Under the pieces are notes generated by a model. That model saw only the letters and a list, made by a program, of their open reading frames with translations. It did not search any database and had not been told where the DNA came from. From NCBI GenBank assembly GCA_903951425.1, contig CAJBBX010000118.1, positions 85,273 to 149,272 on the forward strand: a stretch of DNA of 64,000 nt, given 5' to 3'. A program made the translations under genes and the position numbers. Below, one piece after another: positions 1 through 9,428 of the stretch (the first letter of the stretch is position 1; each line of letters opens with the position of its first letter). Source of the DNA: an uncultured Chthonomonas sp. Lineage in GTDB: Bacteria; Armatimonadota; Chthonomonadetes; Chthonomonadales; CAJBBX01.

Positions 1-1194
1 TCGGACCGGCCCTTCCAGCCGCGCGGGTTCAACTACATCCGGCTTCGGATGATCGGCGAGCCGGGCAAGGGCGTCCTTTGGCACGACACGCTGAACCCGG
101 CTACCTACGCGCCCAACGACGCCGAGACGGCCCTGACCGAGATGCAGCGGCGCGGGTTCAACGCCGTGCGCATCTTCCTGGATCATGCGCAAGGGGCCGG
201 GCTCGCCGCGGCGGGCGGAGAGGGGCTCTCGCCGGGATACCTGGCCAACCTCGTCGACCTGTTGCGCCGGGCGCGGCTTCACCGCGTTCGGGTGATCCTC
301 TGCTTCTGCTACGTGGCCGACGCGGCGCCCTACCGCGCCCTCGTCGCCCCGGCGGCGGAGGGGATTGCCGGGATCAATCAGGTCTACCTCGCGCCGGGGC
401 ATGTGGCCGCGAAGGCGCTTTGCATGGCCGACGTGGCCCGGGCCATCAAGCAGCGCGAACCGAGCCTGCTCTCAACCGTCTTCAGCTACGAGATCGAGAA
501 CGAATCGCACTACGATGCGACTGCGCCGCCCTTCTCGCTGCGGACCGGGACCGTGACATTCGACAAGCGGGCTTACGACATGGCATCCCAGTCCGAGCAG
601 CAGCGGTTGGCCGACGACGGGCTGGCATACACCGTCCGGGCCTGCGCCAAAGCCGTGCGCGAAGTGGACCCTCGGGCCCTCATCGGCGTCAGCGCCTTCA
701 CGTTCCGGGCGGTGGGCCGCAGCGGACCGGCGCGGCACTGGACCGACAAGACGCCGGACCCACGTTTCCCGATCCGCCCGGTAGCCGCGGCGGCTTCGGC
801 GGCTTCCTACGTGGACGTCCACTTCTACCCGGGTAGCGAGGCGGATATCGATCGGGACTTCGCCTCCATCGAATGGTCCGTGGTGAAGGAGGTCTGCGCA
901 CAGCGCGGTAAGCCCCTGCTGGTGGGCGAGATCGGCGCCTTCCGAGGCCCCTACCCAACGCCGGCGCTGGCCGCCGAGGGCATGAAGCGCGCCATCGGCC
1001 GCCTGTTACGGGAAGGCTTCGCAGGCGCCCTGTACTGGACGTATGACACGCGCGAACAGGACGCCGACCTATGGCACGCGCGTTCCGGCACGGGGCAGAT
1101 CATGGAGGCGCTGGAGGAGGCCTTCGCGGACGTTCCCGCTCCGCAACCGCCAAAGCCCGCCGAGCCCGTCGCGGAGCCGTCTGCGGGAGAGTAG
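1..1194 (+). CDS. GH5-like (clan GH-A) glycoside hydrolase, 5' end outside the window
   Basis: Frame is open from base 1 (SDRPFQPRGFNYIRLR). Motifs GFNAVRIFL, YEIENE (acid/base), DVHFYP, LLVGEIG (nucleophile), YWTY. Confidence 0.75.
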   Translation, partial: SDRPFQPRGFNYIRLRMIGEPGKGVLWHDTLNPATYAPNDAETALTEMQRRGFNAVRIFLDHAQGAGLAAAGGEGLSPGYLANLVDLLRRARLHRVRVILCFCYVADAAPYRALVAPAAEGIAGINQVYLAPGHVAAKALCMADVARAIKQREPSLLSTVFSYEIENESHYDATAPPFSLRTGTVTFDKRAYDMASQSEQQRLADDGLAYTVRACAKAVREVDPRALIGVSAFTFRAVGRSGPARHWTDKTPDPRFPIRPVAAAASAASYVDVHFYPGSEADIDRDFASIEWSVVKEVCAQRGKPLLVGEIGAFRGPYPTPALAAEGMKRAIGRLLREGFAGALYWTYDTREQDADLWHARSGTGQIMEALEEAFADVPAPQPPKPAEPVAEPSAGE

Positions 1195-1251
1195 ACTAAG
1201 CATAACCATCCCGGTTGGCCCGGGACCCATTCGTGGGAAGGAGAGACGATA

Positions 1252-2171
1252 ATGCAGATTCGGACTGCGGCCGCCCTGGCGGCGGCGACGCTGGCGGTAT
1301 CAGGCATAGCCGCCCAGGCCCAGCAGGCCGGCCAGGGCGCGGGCAACCAGAACCGCCGGCCGCGCGTCGGTATGCAGAAGCTCGGCTGGAGGCTGGCCTG
1401 CCAGGCCTGGACCTTCAACCGCATGACGGTCTTCGAGACTCTGGACACGCTGAAGGGCCTCGGGGTCCGCTACGTTGAGTTCTTCCCCGGCCAGAAGGTC
1501 TCCAAGGAGCAGGATGTGGCGTTCGACCACAACGCTTCGCCCGAGATCATCGCGGCGGTGAAGGCCAAGCTGCAGGAGACCAACGTCCGCGCTACCGCGT
1601 ACGGCGTCGTGGGCCTGGGCAGCACCGAGGCGGAGGCGCGCAAGGTCTTCGAGTTCGCCAAGACGATGGGGATGCGCACGCTCTCCACCGAGCCCGGCGA
1701 AGAGACGCTGCCCATGCTGGACAAGCTCGCCACGGAGTACAAGATCGGCGTCGCCATCCACAACCATCCGAAGCCCAGCCACTACTGGAGCCCCGAGTCC
1801 GTACTGAAGGCCACCGAGAAGTGCTCCAAGCTCGTGGGCGCCTGTGCAGACACCGGCCACTGGCCCCGCTCCGGCGTGAACCCCGTCGAGGGGCTAAAGC
1901 AGCTGAAGGGCCGCATCGTATCGCTGCACTTCAAGGACCTGGACAAGGACAACGGCGACGTGCCCTTCGGCACCGGCACCGGCAACGCCGAGGCCCAGCT
2001 GCGCGAACTGCGCGACCAGCGCTTCAAGGGCACCTTCTCCATCGAGTACGAGCGCACCACCGGCGCTCTTCCGATCTGCTTGAGAACGTGCGGAAGTGCG
2101 TGGAGTGGTTCCGCGCCACCTCGCTCAAGCTGGCCGCCGACGTGCCGGACGCCCCCGCCGAGAAGCCTTAA
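1252..2171 (+). CDS. Secreted sugar phosphate isomerase/epimerase (xylose-isomerase-like TIM barrel), frameshifted near 2064-2072, probably an assembly artefact
   Basis: Signal peptide. Motifs AIHNH, ADTGHW, LHFKD, SIEYE. A plausible C-terminal helix (DLLENVRKCVEWF...AEKP*) lies in another frame ending at 2171. Confidence 0.8.
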
Positions 2172-2197
2172 CGCTCGGCCGCGCCGCCTAACCCGCT

Positions 2198-2231
2198 GAA
2201 GGCCGCCCTTGGTTCACCGGGGGCGGCCTTC
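2198..2231 (+). terminator. GC-rich hairpin, probable terminator
   Basis: GAAGGCCGCCC (2198-2208) pairs with GGGCGGCCTTC (2221-2231) downstream of the epimerase. No U-tract. Confidence 0.5.
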
Positions 2232-2294
2232 GGCGCGTCTGAACCGGTCACGCTGCCATACTGAAGGCGAACTGCTCAGAAGGAGATACAGGCC

Positions 2295-3326
2295 ATGCTT
2301 GCCGCCCAGCTACTCGACTTCAGCCGCCTCGAACTCGTCGACCTGCCCATCCCGACGCCCGGACCGGGTCAGGTGGTGGTGCGCATCCGCTCCTGCGGCT
2401 TCTGCGCCACGGACTTCAAGGCGATCAAGGGCATCCGGCGCAACGTGCGCTTCCCGCTGGTGCCGGGGCATGAGCCCGCCGGCGTCATCTCCGCGGTGGG
2501 AGCCAACGTGGCGGGCTTCAGCGATGGCGATGAGGTCATCGTACAGCCCAGCGGCTTCTGCGGCGTATGCACCTGGTGCCGGCGCGGCCTGACGCACTAC
2601 TGCGAGGTCTCCCACACCACCGGCGGCGACGGCCCGGACGACGTGCGGCCCGGCAGCTTCGCCGAGTACCTGCTCACCGACGCCGCCACGGTCTACCGCA
2701 AGCCGGCGAGCATCTCGTTCGACTCGGCGTGCCAGGCCGAGCCCGTCAGCGGCGCATGGAAGGGCATTATCCACCTCTCCGAGATGAAGGTGGGCGACGA
2801 CGTGGTCGTGATCGGCACCGGAGGCATCGGGATGTATTGCCTGCAGGTGGCGCACGCCGCCGGGGCCGGTCGCCTGATCGCGGTGGACGTGAGCGAGCGC
2901 GCCCTGGAGACTGCCCGCAAGCTGGGCGCTACGCACTGCGTGAACCCGGCCAGGGTCGACGCCAGGGCCGCCATTACCGACATCCTGCCGGCGGGCCCGG
3001 ACCTGGTGGTGGAGGCCGCAGGGCCCATCGAGGCCGTAAAGCTAATGGTGGGCCTGCTGCGGCGCGGCACGCGCTGGAACGTCTTCGGCATCACCACGCA
3101 CGAGACCTTCGAGCTTGACGGCGGACTGATGCACTTCCTCGAGGCCCGCATGGACGCGAGCTTCGGCACCAATCCGCTGGCCATGGACCGTGCGATTCGT
3201 CTCATCGAGCGCGGCCTGGTCGATCCCGAGCAGGTGATCTCGCACCGCTTCCCGCTCTCGCGCATCCATGAGGCGGTGGAGGTGATGGCTGGACCGGACC
3301 GTAACAAGGTGATCATCAACCCCTGA
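2295..3326 (+). CDS. Zn-dependent medium-chain alcohol/polyol dehydrogenase
   Basis: CATD, GHE, structural Zn motif CGVCTWC...C, GTGGIG NAD-binding motif. AAGGAG RBS. Confidence 0.9.
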   Translation: MLAAQLLDFSRLELVDLPIPTPGPGQVVVRIRSCGFCATDFKAIKGIRRNVRFPLVPGHEPAGVISAVGANVAGFSDGDEVIVQPSGFCGVCTWCRRGLTHYCEVSHTTGGDGPDDVRPGSFAEYLLTDAATVYRKPASISFDSACQAEPVSGAWKGIIHLSEMKVGDDVVVIGTGGIGMYCLQVAHAAGAGRLIAVDVSERALETARKLGATHCVNPARVDARAAITDILPAGPDLVVEAAGPIEAVKLMVGLLRRGTRWNVFGITTHETFELDGGLMHFLEARMDASFGTNPLAMDRAIRLIERGLVDPEQVISHRFPLSRIHEAVEVMAGPDRNKVIINP

Positions 3327-3458
3327 CGTCGGGGGCTTTCCAAGGGTGATCGACGCTCTCGAGGCCCGTAGCCGCGTATAAGGCAACGGTGAAGCGGCTT
3401 GGGGCCGCGCCGCGCTTTGGCACGTTCTGAAGCGCCGAATGGAGGCGTCCGACCACCC

Positions 3459-3914
3459 ATGGAAACACGAAACGCCGAGCAAGTTCGTAGCGGGCTGGCG
3501 CTGCTGGCGATCCGCGTCGCCGGCGGTACGGTCTTCTTCTACCACGGCAGCGGCAAGCTCTTCGGCCTGTTCGGTGGCCCGGGACTTGCCGGCTTCACCG
3601 AGCACTCTCACCTGCCTGCGGCAGTAGCGTTCCTGGTGGCGCTGGCCGAGTTCTGCGGCGGTGTGTCGCTTCTGACCGGCGTACTGACGCGTCTGGGTGC
3701 GGCGGCCATCATCCCGGTGATGCTGGGCGCCATCTTCCTGGTGCATGGCAAGAACGGCTTCAGCCTGCAGCAGCAGGGCTACGAGTACGCCTTCACGCTG
3801 CTGCTCATGGCCATTGCACTCCTCATGACGGGCGCAGGCCCGTATTCACTGATACGTTTCCTTCCAGACAAGTTCAATCCGGCCCGCTCCAAGCCTGTAG
3901 CCAGGGCCGAATAA
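3459..3914 (+). CDS. DoxX family membrane protein
   Basis: R...HGSGKLFG, AEFCGG, HGKNGF, GYEY, GAGPYSL motifs. GGAGG upstream. Confidence 0.85.
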   Translation: METRNAEQVRSGLALLAIRVAGGTVFFYHGSGKLFGLFGGPGLAGFTEHSHLPAAVAFLVALAEFCGGVSLLTGVLTRLGAAAIIPVMLGAIFLVHGKNGFSLQQQGYEYAFTLLLMAIALLMTGAGPYSLIRFLPDKFNPARSKPVARAE

Positions 3915-3925
3915 GGGGTACGCCC

Positions 3926-4534
3926 ATGTCCAAGACTGCCAACGTAGCCGTTATCTTCTACTCCCGCGACGGATCGACGGAGACGCTCGCCAAGGCCATC
4001 GCCGAGGGGGCCCAGTCCGAGGGCGCCGAGGTCAGGTTGCTTCGTGTGCGGGAGATCGTCGGGCCCGAGGTCATGGCACACGCGCCGGGCTGGGCCGAGA
4101 ACGCCGAGCGGATGAACGCCCTTTACGCCGCCCCCACCGCCGCCGATGTGGAGTGGGCCGACGCGGTGGTCTGGGGTTCGCCCACGCGCTTCGGCAACGT
4201 CTCGTCGGAGTTACGCGCCTTCATCGACACGCTGGGCGGCCTCTGGGCCTCCGGTAAGACCGTAGGAAAGGTGGGTGGCGCGTTCGCCTCCACCGCCTCG
4301 CCCCACGGCGGCAACGAGGCGACGATCCTCTCCATGTACACGACCATGGCGCACTTCGGCATGGTGATCGTCGCGCCCGGCTTCGGCGAACCGGCCGCCT
4401 TCGGCTCGGGCACGCCCTACGGCGCCTCGTCCGTTGCAGGCCAGGGCCCGAACCCGCCGACGGACGGCGACCTCGCAGTTGCCCGCTACCAGGGCAAGCG
4501 CGCGGCGCAGGTGGCCGCCAAGCTCAAGGCCTAG
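3926..4534 (+). CDS. wrbA: NAD(P)H:quinone oxidoreductase, WrbA flavodoxin
   Basis: FYSRDGSTE, GSPTRFGN, HGGNEAT, GTPYGAS motifs. Confidence 0.9.
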   Translation: MSKTANVAVIFYSRDGSTETLAKAIAEGAQSEGAEVRLLRVREIVGPEVMAHAPGWAENAERMNALYAAPTAADVEWADAVVWGSPTRFGNVSSELRAFIDTLGGLWASGKTVGKVGGAFASTASPHGGNEATILSMYTTMAHFGMVIVAPGFGEPAAFGSGTPYGASSVAGQGPNPPTDGDLAVARYQGKRAAQVAAKLKA

Positions 4535-4540
4535 AACGCA

Positions 4541-4573
4541 GACGGCCCCGGAGCGCCATGCCCCGGGGCCGTC
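4541..4573. terminator. Hairpin between convergent wrbA and the Rpn-like gene
   Basis: GACGGCCCCGG / CCGGGGCCGTC, perfect 11-bp inverted repeat. Confidence 0.55.
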
Positions 4574-4605
4574 CCACAGCCTGAGCTATAGGCGCGGCAC
4601 CTCGC

Positions 4606-5548
4606 CTACAGCCCAAGCTCCTCCGGCGAGCGGGCGTCGAGCATCTGCACGCCCAGCAGGCTCGCCTCTTCGTCGGTGAGCGTGGCGGTCCTGCCGCGGT
4701 GTGCGTCGTTTGGCGGACCGAACCGACGCTCCAAATGGGCGGATCAGCATCGCGTGCGCCGCTTCCATTCGACCCTCGTCCACGCCCAGGCGGCGGCCCT
4801 CGTCCACGCCGATCCGGCGCCCTTCGTCGACGCCCAGCCTGTGTCCCTCTCGCATCAGGGCCTCGGCCCCTGTCATGGTCATTTCATTCACCTCCTCATG
4901 CCTCTCGCCCTGGGCCTCCGGCGGCAAGGCCTCCAGTTCGCGCATGGCGGTGGCCAGAGCCGCCTTCATCGCCTCGGTGTCACCGTCCGCCGCCAGCAGG
5001 ACCCGCAGCACGGTGGCAAGCGGCGACAGGCCGTCGGACGCCTCGGGCAGTCCGTCAAGCCCGACGAACAGCGTTTCGTGCCTCGGCACGAACCGTTGTA
5101 GCGCGGCGGACGCCTGCATGACGGCCTCCAGCCCCGGCACGCGCGCCCAGCGGCGCTTGCCCGTGTAGAAGACCAGAGGCACGATGGGCGCCAGCCTGCG
5201 CCGACCGGAGCGCGGTCGCTCCTGCTCCCAGCGGTGCCGCTGCATGTCCCATACCTGTACCATATACGAGAGCACCCGCAAGTTCATCCACAGGTCGGGC
5301 TTCGACGGGTGCTCCACGAGCAGGTGAATCCAGACCTCCGACTTCCCGGTGCGGAAGGGCACGCGGTAGAGGAGGTCGGCCTCCTGCTTATGCAGGTCGG
5401 CGGGAACGAACGATCGGTTCACCCGTTCGGCGCTCCCGAAGTCCAGCGCGTCGGCCACCAGGTCGCGCAGGTTGGAGGTCGACTCAAGCAGCCAGAGCGT
5501 GCCGCGGTCGGCGAACTCACGGATCGGGGGGTCGTTGGCATCGTGCAT
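4606..5548 (-). pseudogene. Rpn/YhgA-like recombination-promoting nuclease (putative transposase), degenerate
   Basis: SFVPADL...EADLLY, LLVEHPS, PIVPLVFYTG motifs and EG repeats. Frameshift near 4737-4739, with a DUF4351-like tail (HLERRFG...LDARSPEELGL*) in another frame. Confidence 0.75.
4773..4848 (-). repeat. 24-nt tandem repeat (x3) encoding EGxRxGVD
   Basis: CCYTCGTCSACGCC at 4773, 4797 and 4821. Typical of Rpn C-terminal EG repeats. Confidence 0.8.
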
Positions 5549-5704
5549 AGCGGCGGAAGCCCCCTCACACAATAATCGCCGACACGGGCCGACAAGCTGA
5601 ACAACGGAGCGACTGTCGCCGATCTGATCATCGCGGCACGTACCTGACAGGCGGTGGCCGCAGCTGCTACGACCCGCCGGGCGTGCTGGGCCAGACGTGC
5701 CGAA

Positions 5705-5732
5705 GGGCCGGGCATCACACGATGCTCGGCCC
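5705..5732 (-). terminator. Hairpin downstream of the T2SS operon
   Basis: GGGCCGGGCATC-acac-GATGCTCGGCCC, 28 nt past the last stop codon, one non-Watson-Crick position. Confidence 0.5.
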
Positions 5733-5759
5733 CTCGGTTCGCGTGTAGCAGCCTGCAGG

Positions 5760-6620
5760 CTACTGCGGAGGTCGGTTGCCGCCGCCGCCGGGGCCACCAG
5801 GACCACCAGGGCCGCCGCCGCCCATCATGCCCGGACCGCCCATGCCGAAGCCGCCCATGCCGCCTCGACCGCCGCCCATACCGCCCATGCCGCCCATGCT
5901 CATGTTGACGCCGATACCGGTGGCGAGGAAGACGCCGTCATCGGCCTCGCCGCCCATGGCCATGATGCGATCGCCCACCTTAACGCTGGCTAGCGTGACG
6001 GTGGTGATCTTGGTGATCTTGGCATCGGGCGCGAGCTTGATGATGACCGACACGTCCTTGCTGACGGCGATGGTCAGCGGAGAGGTGGCGGAAACCTTGC
6101 CCGTCACCGACCCGAAGGCCATGGCAGGCTGCTGCGGCTGCTGGCCACGGTTGCCCTGGCCCTGCGCCGCCTGGCCGGGCTGGCCGCCCTGCCCCGGACC
6201 ACCTGGCCCGGGACCACCCTGTCCCGGCTGGCCGCCGGGGCCGCGGCCCATGTTCATGCGCAGGAAGTCAGGCATCTGGCCCGCGTTGATCGAGTTGGCC
6301 GTCAGGCCGGTGGGCATGCCCTGGATTTGGACCTGGTCGTCGACCTTCAGGTCGGAGACCTGGATGGTCACCTGACCCGCTACCTGGGTCTGCGCGTTGA
6401 CGCGGACCGCCGTCTCACCGCCTCCACCGAAGGGCGAGTTCACCATGATGGTGCTGGCGGCGCGGTCGATCGATGCGACCGTGCCCATGACGAAAGGCAT
6501 CCTGCCCATCTGCCCGGGGCCGCCCATGCCCGGTCCGGGTCCCATCCCTGGTCCCTGTGCCGAGGCCGCGGTTGCGACTGCGGCCAGGGTCAGAGCGGCC
6601 AGCCAACGTGTGGTTCGCAT
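5760..6620 (-). CDS. Secreted Gly/Met/Pro-rich protein with two DUF5666-like beta domains
   Basis: Signal peptide MRTTRWLAALTLAAVATAASA. Two repeats of the form GxV...(L/V)KVxDx(V/I) separated by GPG/GMG low-complexity tracts. Last gene of the gsp operon. Confidence 0.65.
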   Translation of the reverse strand: MRTTRWLAALTLAAVATAASAQGPGMGPGPGMGGPGQMGRMPFVMGTVASIDRAASTIMVNSPFGGGGETAVRVNAQTQVAGQVTIQVSDLKVDDQVQIQGMPTGLTANSINAGQMPDFLRMNMGRGPGGQPGQGGPGPGGPGQGGQPGQAAQGQGNRGQQPQQPAMAFGSVTGKVSATSPLTIAVSKDVSVIIKLAPDAKITKITTVTLASVKVGDRIMAMGGEADDGVFLATGIGVNMSMGGMGGMGGGRGGMGGFGMGGPGMMGGGGPGGPGGPGGGGNRPPQ

Positions 6621-6661
6621 GTCGGGAATCCGTCCTTTCTGCCGGTTGGCTTCAGCCGGCA

Positions 6662-9427
6662 TCACGACTTACCGGGGACCTTGGCGCCATCCTTGGGAGC
6701 TTCAGCGGGTGCGTCCTTGGCGGGCCCGTCCTTCAGCGGCACGAGCTTTGCCGGCTCGTCCTTTGCCGCGGCTTGGGGCTGGCCCAGCCGAGAGTTGAGC
6801 ACCTTCTCAAGGGTCTTGGGCTGCAGCTGCCCTTCAACCTGCTCGCGTAGTGCGCGGGCGTCGGCCTCGTCCCTCACCACCTTGGGGCTGAGGAAGACAA
6901 GGAGCTCGGTCTTCGACTTGGTCTGGTTGGTCGATCGGAAGGCGGCGCCCAGCAGCGGGAGGTCGCCCAGGATCGGGATCTTGTTCACGGTAGAGGAGAG
7001 GCTGCCCTTGATGATGCCGCCCAGCACCACGGTCTCGCCGTCGCGGACGCTGACGGTGGTCTGCGCCTCGCGCTGGTTGACGACCGGTGCGTTGAAGTCC
7101 GTGTACCGCACGAAGTCGTTGGCGGTCTGGGTCACGTCCATCGTCACGTAGCCGTTCGAGGTGATGCGCGGCGTGACGGTCAGGACGATGCCTACGTCCA
7201 TGAACGAGTAGCTGTAGGAGTAGTTGCCGTTCGAGTCCACCCGCTGGTTGGTGACGTAGGGCAGGCTCTGACTGATATTGATCTCGGCCTCGGAGTTGTT
7301 GCTGGTGAAGATGCGTGGCGTGCTGAGGACCTCGAACCGGTTGTCGGTCTTGATGGCGCCCAGGAAGCCCGAGTACTCCTTGGCTGTGAGTGTGTAGCGC
7401 ATGCCCTGGGGCTGCGCCGCATCGGCCGCCAGGCCGAAGGCCGTCGTGATGGCCGAGCTGCCGCCCTTGAAGTTCCACTCCATGCCCAGCTTGTTGGTGG
7501 CGTCCAGGCTGGCCTCGACGATGAGCGTCTCGATCATCACCTGCTCGGGTATGCGGTCCAGCTGATCCAGGATCTTCTGCAGGACCTCGCGGTTCTGCGG
7601 CGAAGTGACGATGATGACGCTGTTCGTGTTGGTGTCCGCGATGGCGGAGACGGTGCCGGAGAGGTTCTGGTAGGTGACCACGCGGCCGGAGCTGTCATAG
7701 CTCACGGCGTTCTGTGTGGAGGACTGCGAGGAACGGTTGCCGCCGCCGCCGCCCATGATCTGCGAGATCATGCCGCCGAAGCCGCCCATGCCCTGCGCCC
7801 GAGCGAGCGCCACCGCTTTGGGGTCGACGCCGCGGCGTACAGCATCGACGATCTCGTCGTCGGTCAGTACTTCGGTAGGCTCAACCTCGGTGACCTGGGC
7901 CGGAGCGTTCAGGCCCGGCAAGCCGCCGGTATTCCGGTTGTTGGTGGTGCGGGTGGTGCCGGTGTTGGTTCGGGTCGATCCGGTGCCCGTCCGGTTCGTC
8001 GTTGACCCGGCGCGTCCGCCGCCGAACGAGCTGTTGAGGAGCGAAGCCACCGTATCGGCCCGAGCGTTCTTCAGGCTGATGACGAATGCGCCGGTCTCGA
8101 ACTTGATCGGCTTGTCGAGCTCCTTGATGACCTGCTGGACGACTTCCTGGTTGTCCGGCACCGTGGTGACGATTAGCGAGTTGGTGCGCGTCTCAGCCGC
8201 CACTGTGCCCACGCCGCCGGTGGCGCTACTGCTGCCGCGGTTGCCGCCGAACATCCCGCCGAACATCCCTCCTCCTCCGCCGGTGTTCTGCTGGCCGGTG
8301 TAACCGCGGCCGCGGCTTGCGTTGGCGTTCAGGACGTTCATGATGATCGATGTGAGGTCGGAGGCCGTCGCGTACTCCAACGGGTAGACCTTGGAGATCT
8401 GGGCCTTGTCGGCCTCTTTGTCGATCTCGCCGATCAGCTTGAGGATCTGCTCGTGGTCGGTAGCCGAGGCGTTCACGATCACGCTATTGCTGTAGTCGTC
8501 GGAGGAGGCGCGCACCGTGGATGACTGGCTGCTGCTGCCGCCGCGCCGCCCGAAGGGGTTCATGCCACCGCCGAACATGCCGCCGCCACCGCCGAACATA
8601 CCGCCGCCGCCGCCGAACATGCCGCCGCCACCGCCGCGCTGCGCCACCAGCTCAAGGTTCGATCCGGCATCGCCGCCTTGCGCCTGGTTGACGGCCGGGA
8701 CGATCCGTCCGCTATCCGTGCGCTGGCCGGGCGTGGGAGTGGTCGTCGGAGCGGCGCCTGGCGCGCCGCCCGGCGTAGCGGGTGCGCCGCCGGGTGTGCC
8801 ACCGGGCATCCCGGGCATGCCGCCGGGCATCCCGGGCAACCCCATCATCCCGGGCATACCGAACATACCAAAGCCCTGGTTGGCCGTGAGGGCGAAGACG
8901 TCGTTGATGACGCGGGCCACCTGGCTGGCGCTGGCGAACTTGATGCTGTAGACCCTGAGCACGGTGTTGGACTGTTGGCTCGAGCCGAACATCGACGCCA
9001 TGGCTGACATGTCGAACCCGCCCGTCCCCGACGAGCCGCCGCGGCCGCTTCCGCCGCTACCACGCTGCTGCTTCTGCTTGACGACCATCATGGCGCCGTC
9101 GCGCTTCAGCTCATAGCCGCGGAGGCCCAGGGCGACGCTGAGCATCGAAAACGCGTCGCGGAGGGTCTGCTGCTTGGGGCTCTGCAGGGTGATCGGCTGC
9201 GTGAGCGACGGGTCCTTAACGATGGGGATGCCGCTGGCCCGGCTCAGCACCTGCAGAACGGCGTCTACGCTGGCATTGCGGAAGTCCAGCGTCACCTTCA
9301 CCTTGGGGTTCAGCCTGTGCGTCGACCAGAGCGTCTCGTCCTCACCGAAGAGGTCCATCTGCGCAGGCGACGGCGCTACCGTCAACAGGAGCAGAGCCGC
9401 TCCTGCCAGAAGTGTGAGCGATCTCAT
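6662..9427 (-). CDS. gspD: Type II secretion secretin GspD with large low-complexity insertions
   Basis: Signal peptide, N0 (LDFRNASV), repeated N domains (NSVIV/NSLIV...LD), QVMIETLIVE, LSTPRIFT, GETVVLGG, KIPILGDLPLLGAAF, ELLVFLSP. Confidence 0.92.
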   Translation of the reverse strand: MRSLTLLAGAALLLLTVAPSPAQMDLFGEDETLWSTHRLNPKVKVTLDFRNASVDAVLQVLSRASGIPIVKDPSLTQPITLQSPKQQTLRDAFSMLSVALGLRGYELKRDGAMMVVKQKQQRGSGGSGRGGSSGTGGFDMSAMASMFGSSQQSNTVLRVYSIKFASASQVARVINDVFALTANQGFGMFGMPGMMGLPGMPGGMPGMPGGTPGGAPATPGGAPGAAPTTTPTPGQRTDSGRIVPAVNQAQGGDAGSNLELVAQRGGGGGMFGGGGGMFGGGGGMFGGGMNPFGRRGGSSSQSSTVRASSDDYSNSVIVNASATDHEQILKLIGEIDKEADKAQISKVYPLEYATASDLTSIIMNVLNANASRGRGYTGQQNTGGGGGMFGGMFGGNRGSSSATGGVGTVAAETRTNSLIVTTVPDNQEVVQQVIKELDKPIKFETGAFVISLKNARADTVASLLNSSFGGGRAGSTTNRTGTGSTRTNTGTTRTTNNRNTGGLPGLNAPAQVTEVEPTEVLTDDEIVDAVRRGVDPKAVALARAQGMGGFGGMISQIMGGGGGNRSSQSSTQNAVSYDSSGRVVTYQNLSGTVSAIADTNTNSVIIVTSPQNREVLQKILDQLDRIPEQVMIETLIVEASLDATNKLGMEWNFKGGSSAITTAFGLAADAAQPQGMRYTLTAKEYSGFLGAIKTDNRFEVLSTPRIFTSNNSEAEINISQSLPYVTNQRVDSNGNYSYSYSFMDVGIVLTVTPRITSNGYVTMDVTQTANDFVRYTDFNAPVVNQREAQTTVSVRDGETVVLGGIIKGSLSSTVNKIPILGDLPLLGAAFRSTNQTKSKTELLVFLSPKVVRDEADARALREQVEGQLQPKTLEKVLNSRLGQPQAAAKDEPAKLVPLKDGPAKDAPAEAPKDGAKVPGKS
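8573..8635 (-). repeat. 21-nt tandem repeat (x3) encoding GGGGGMF inside gspD
   Basis: GAACAT at 8573, 8594 and 8615, each followed by GCC/ACC runs. Confidence 0.85.
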
Positions 9428-9428
9428 T

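Noticed and set aside
2064-2199. Programmed frameshift or true pseudogene in the epimerase
   Set aside because: No slippery sequence, and an exact adapter match explains the break better.
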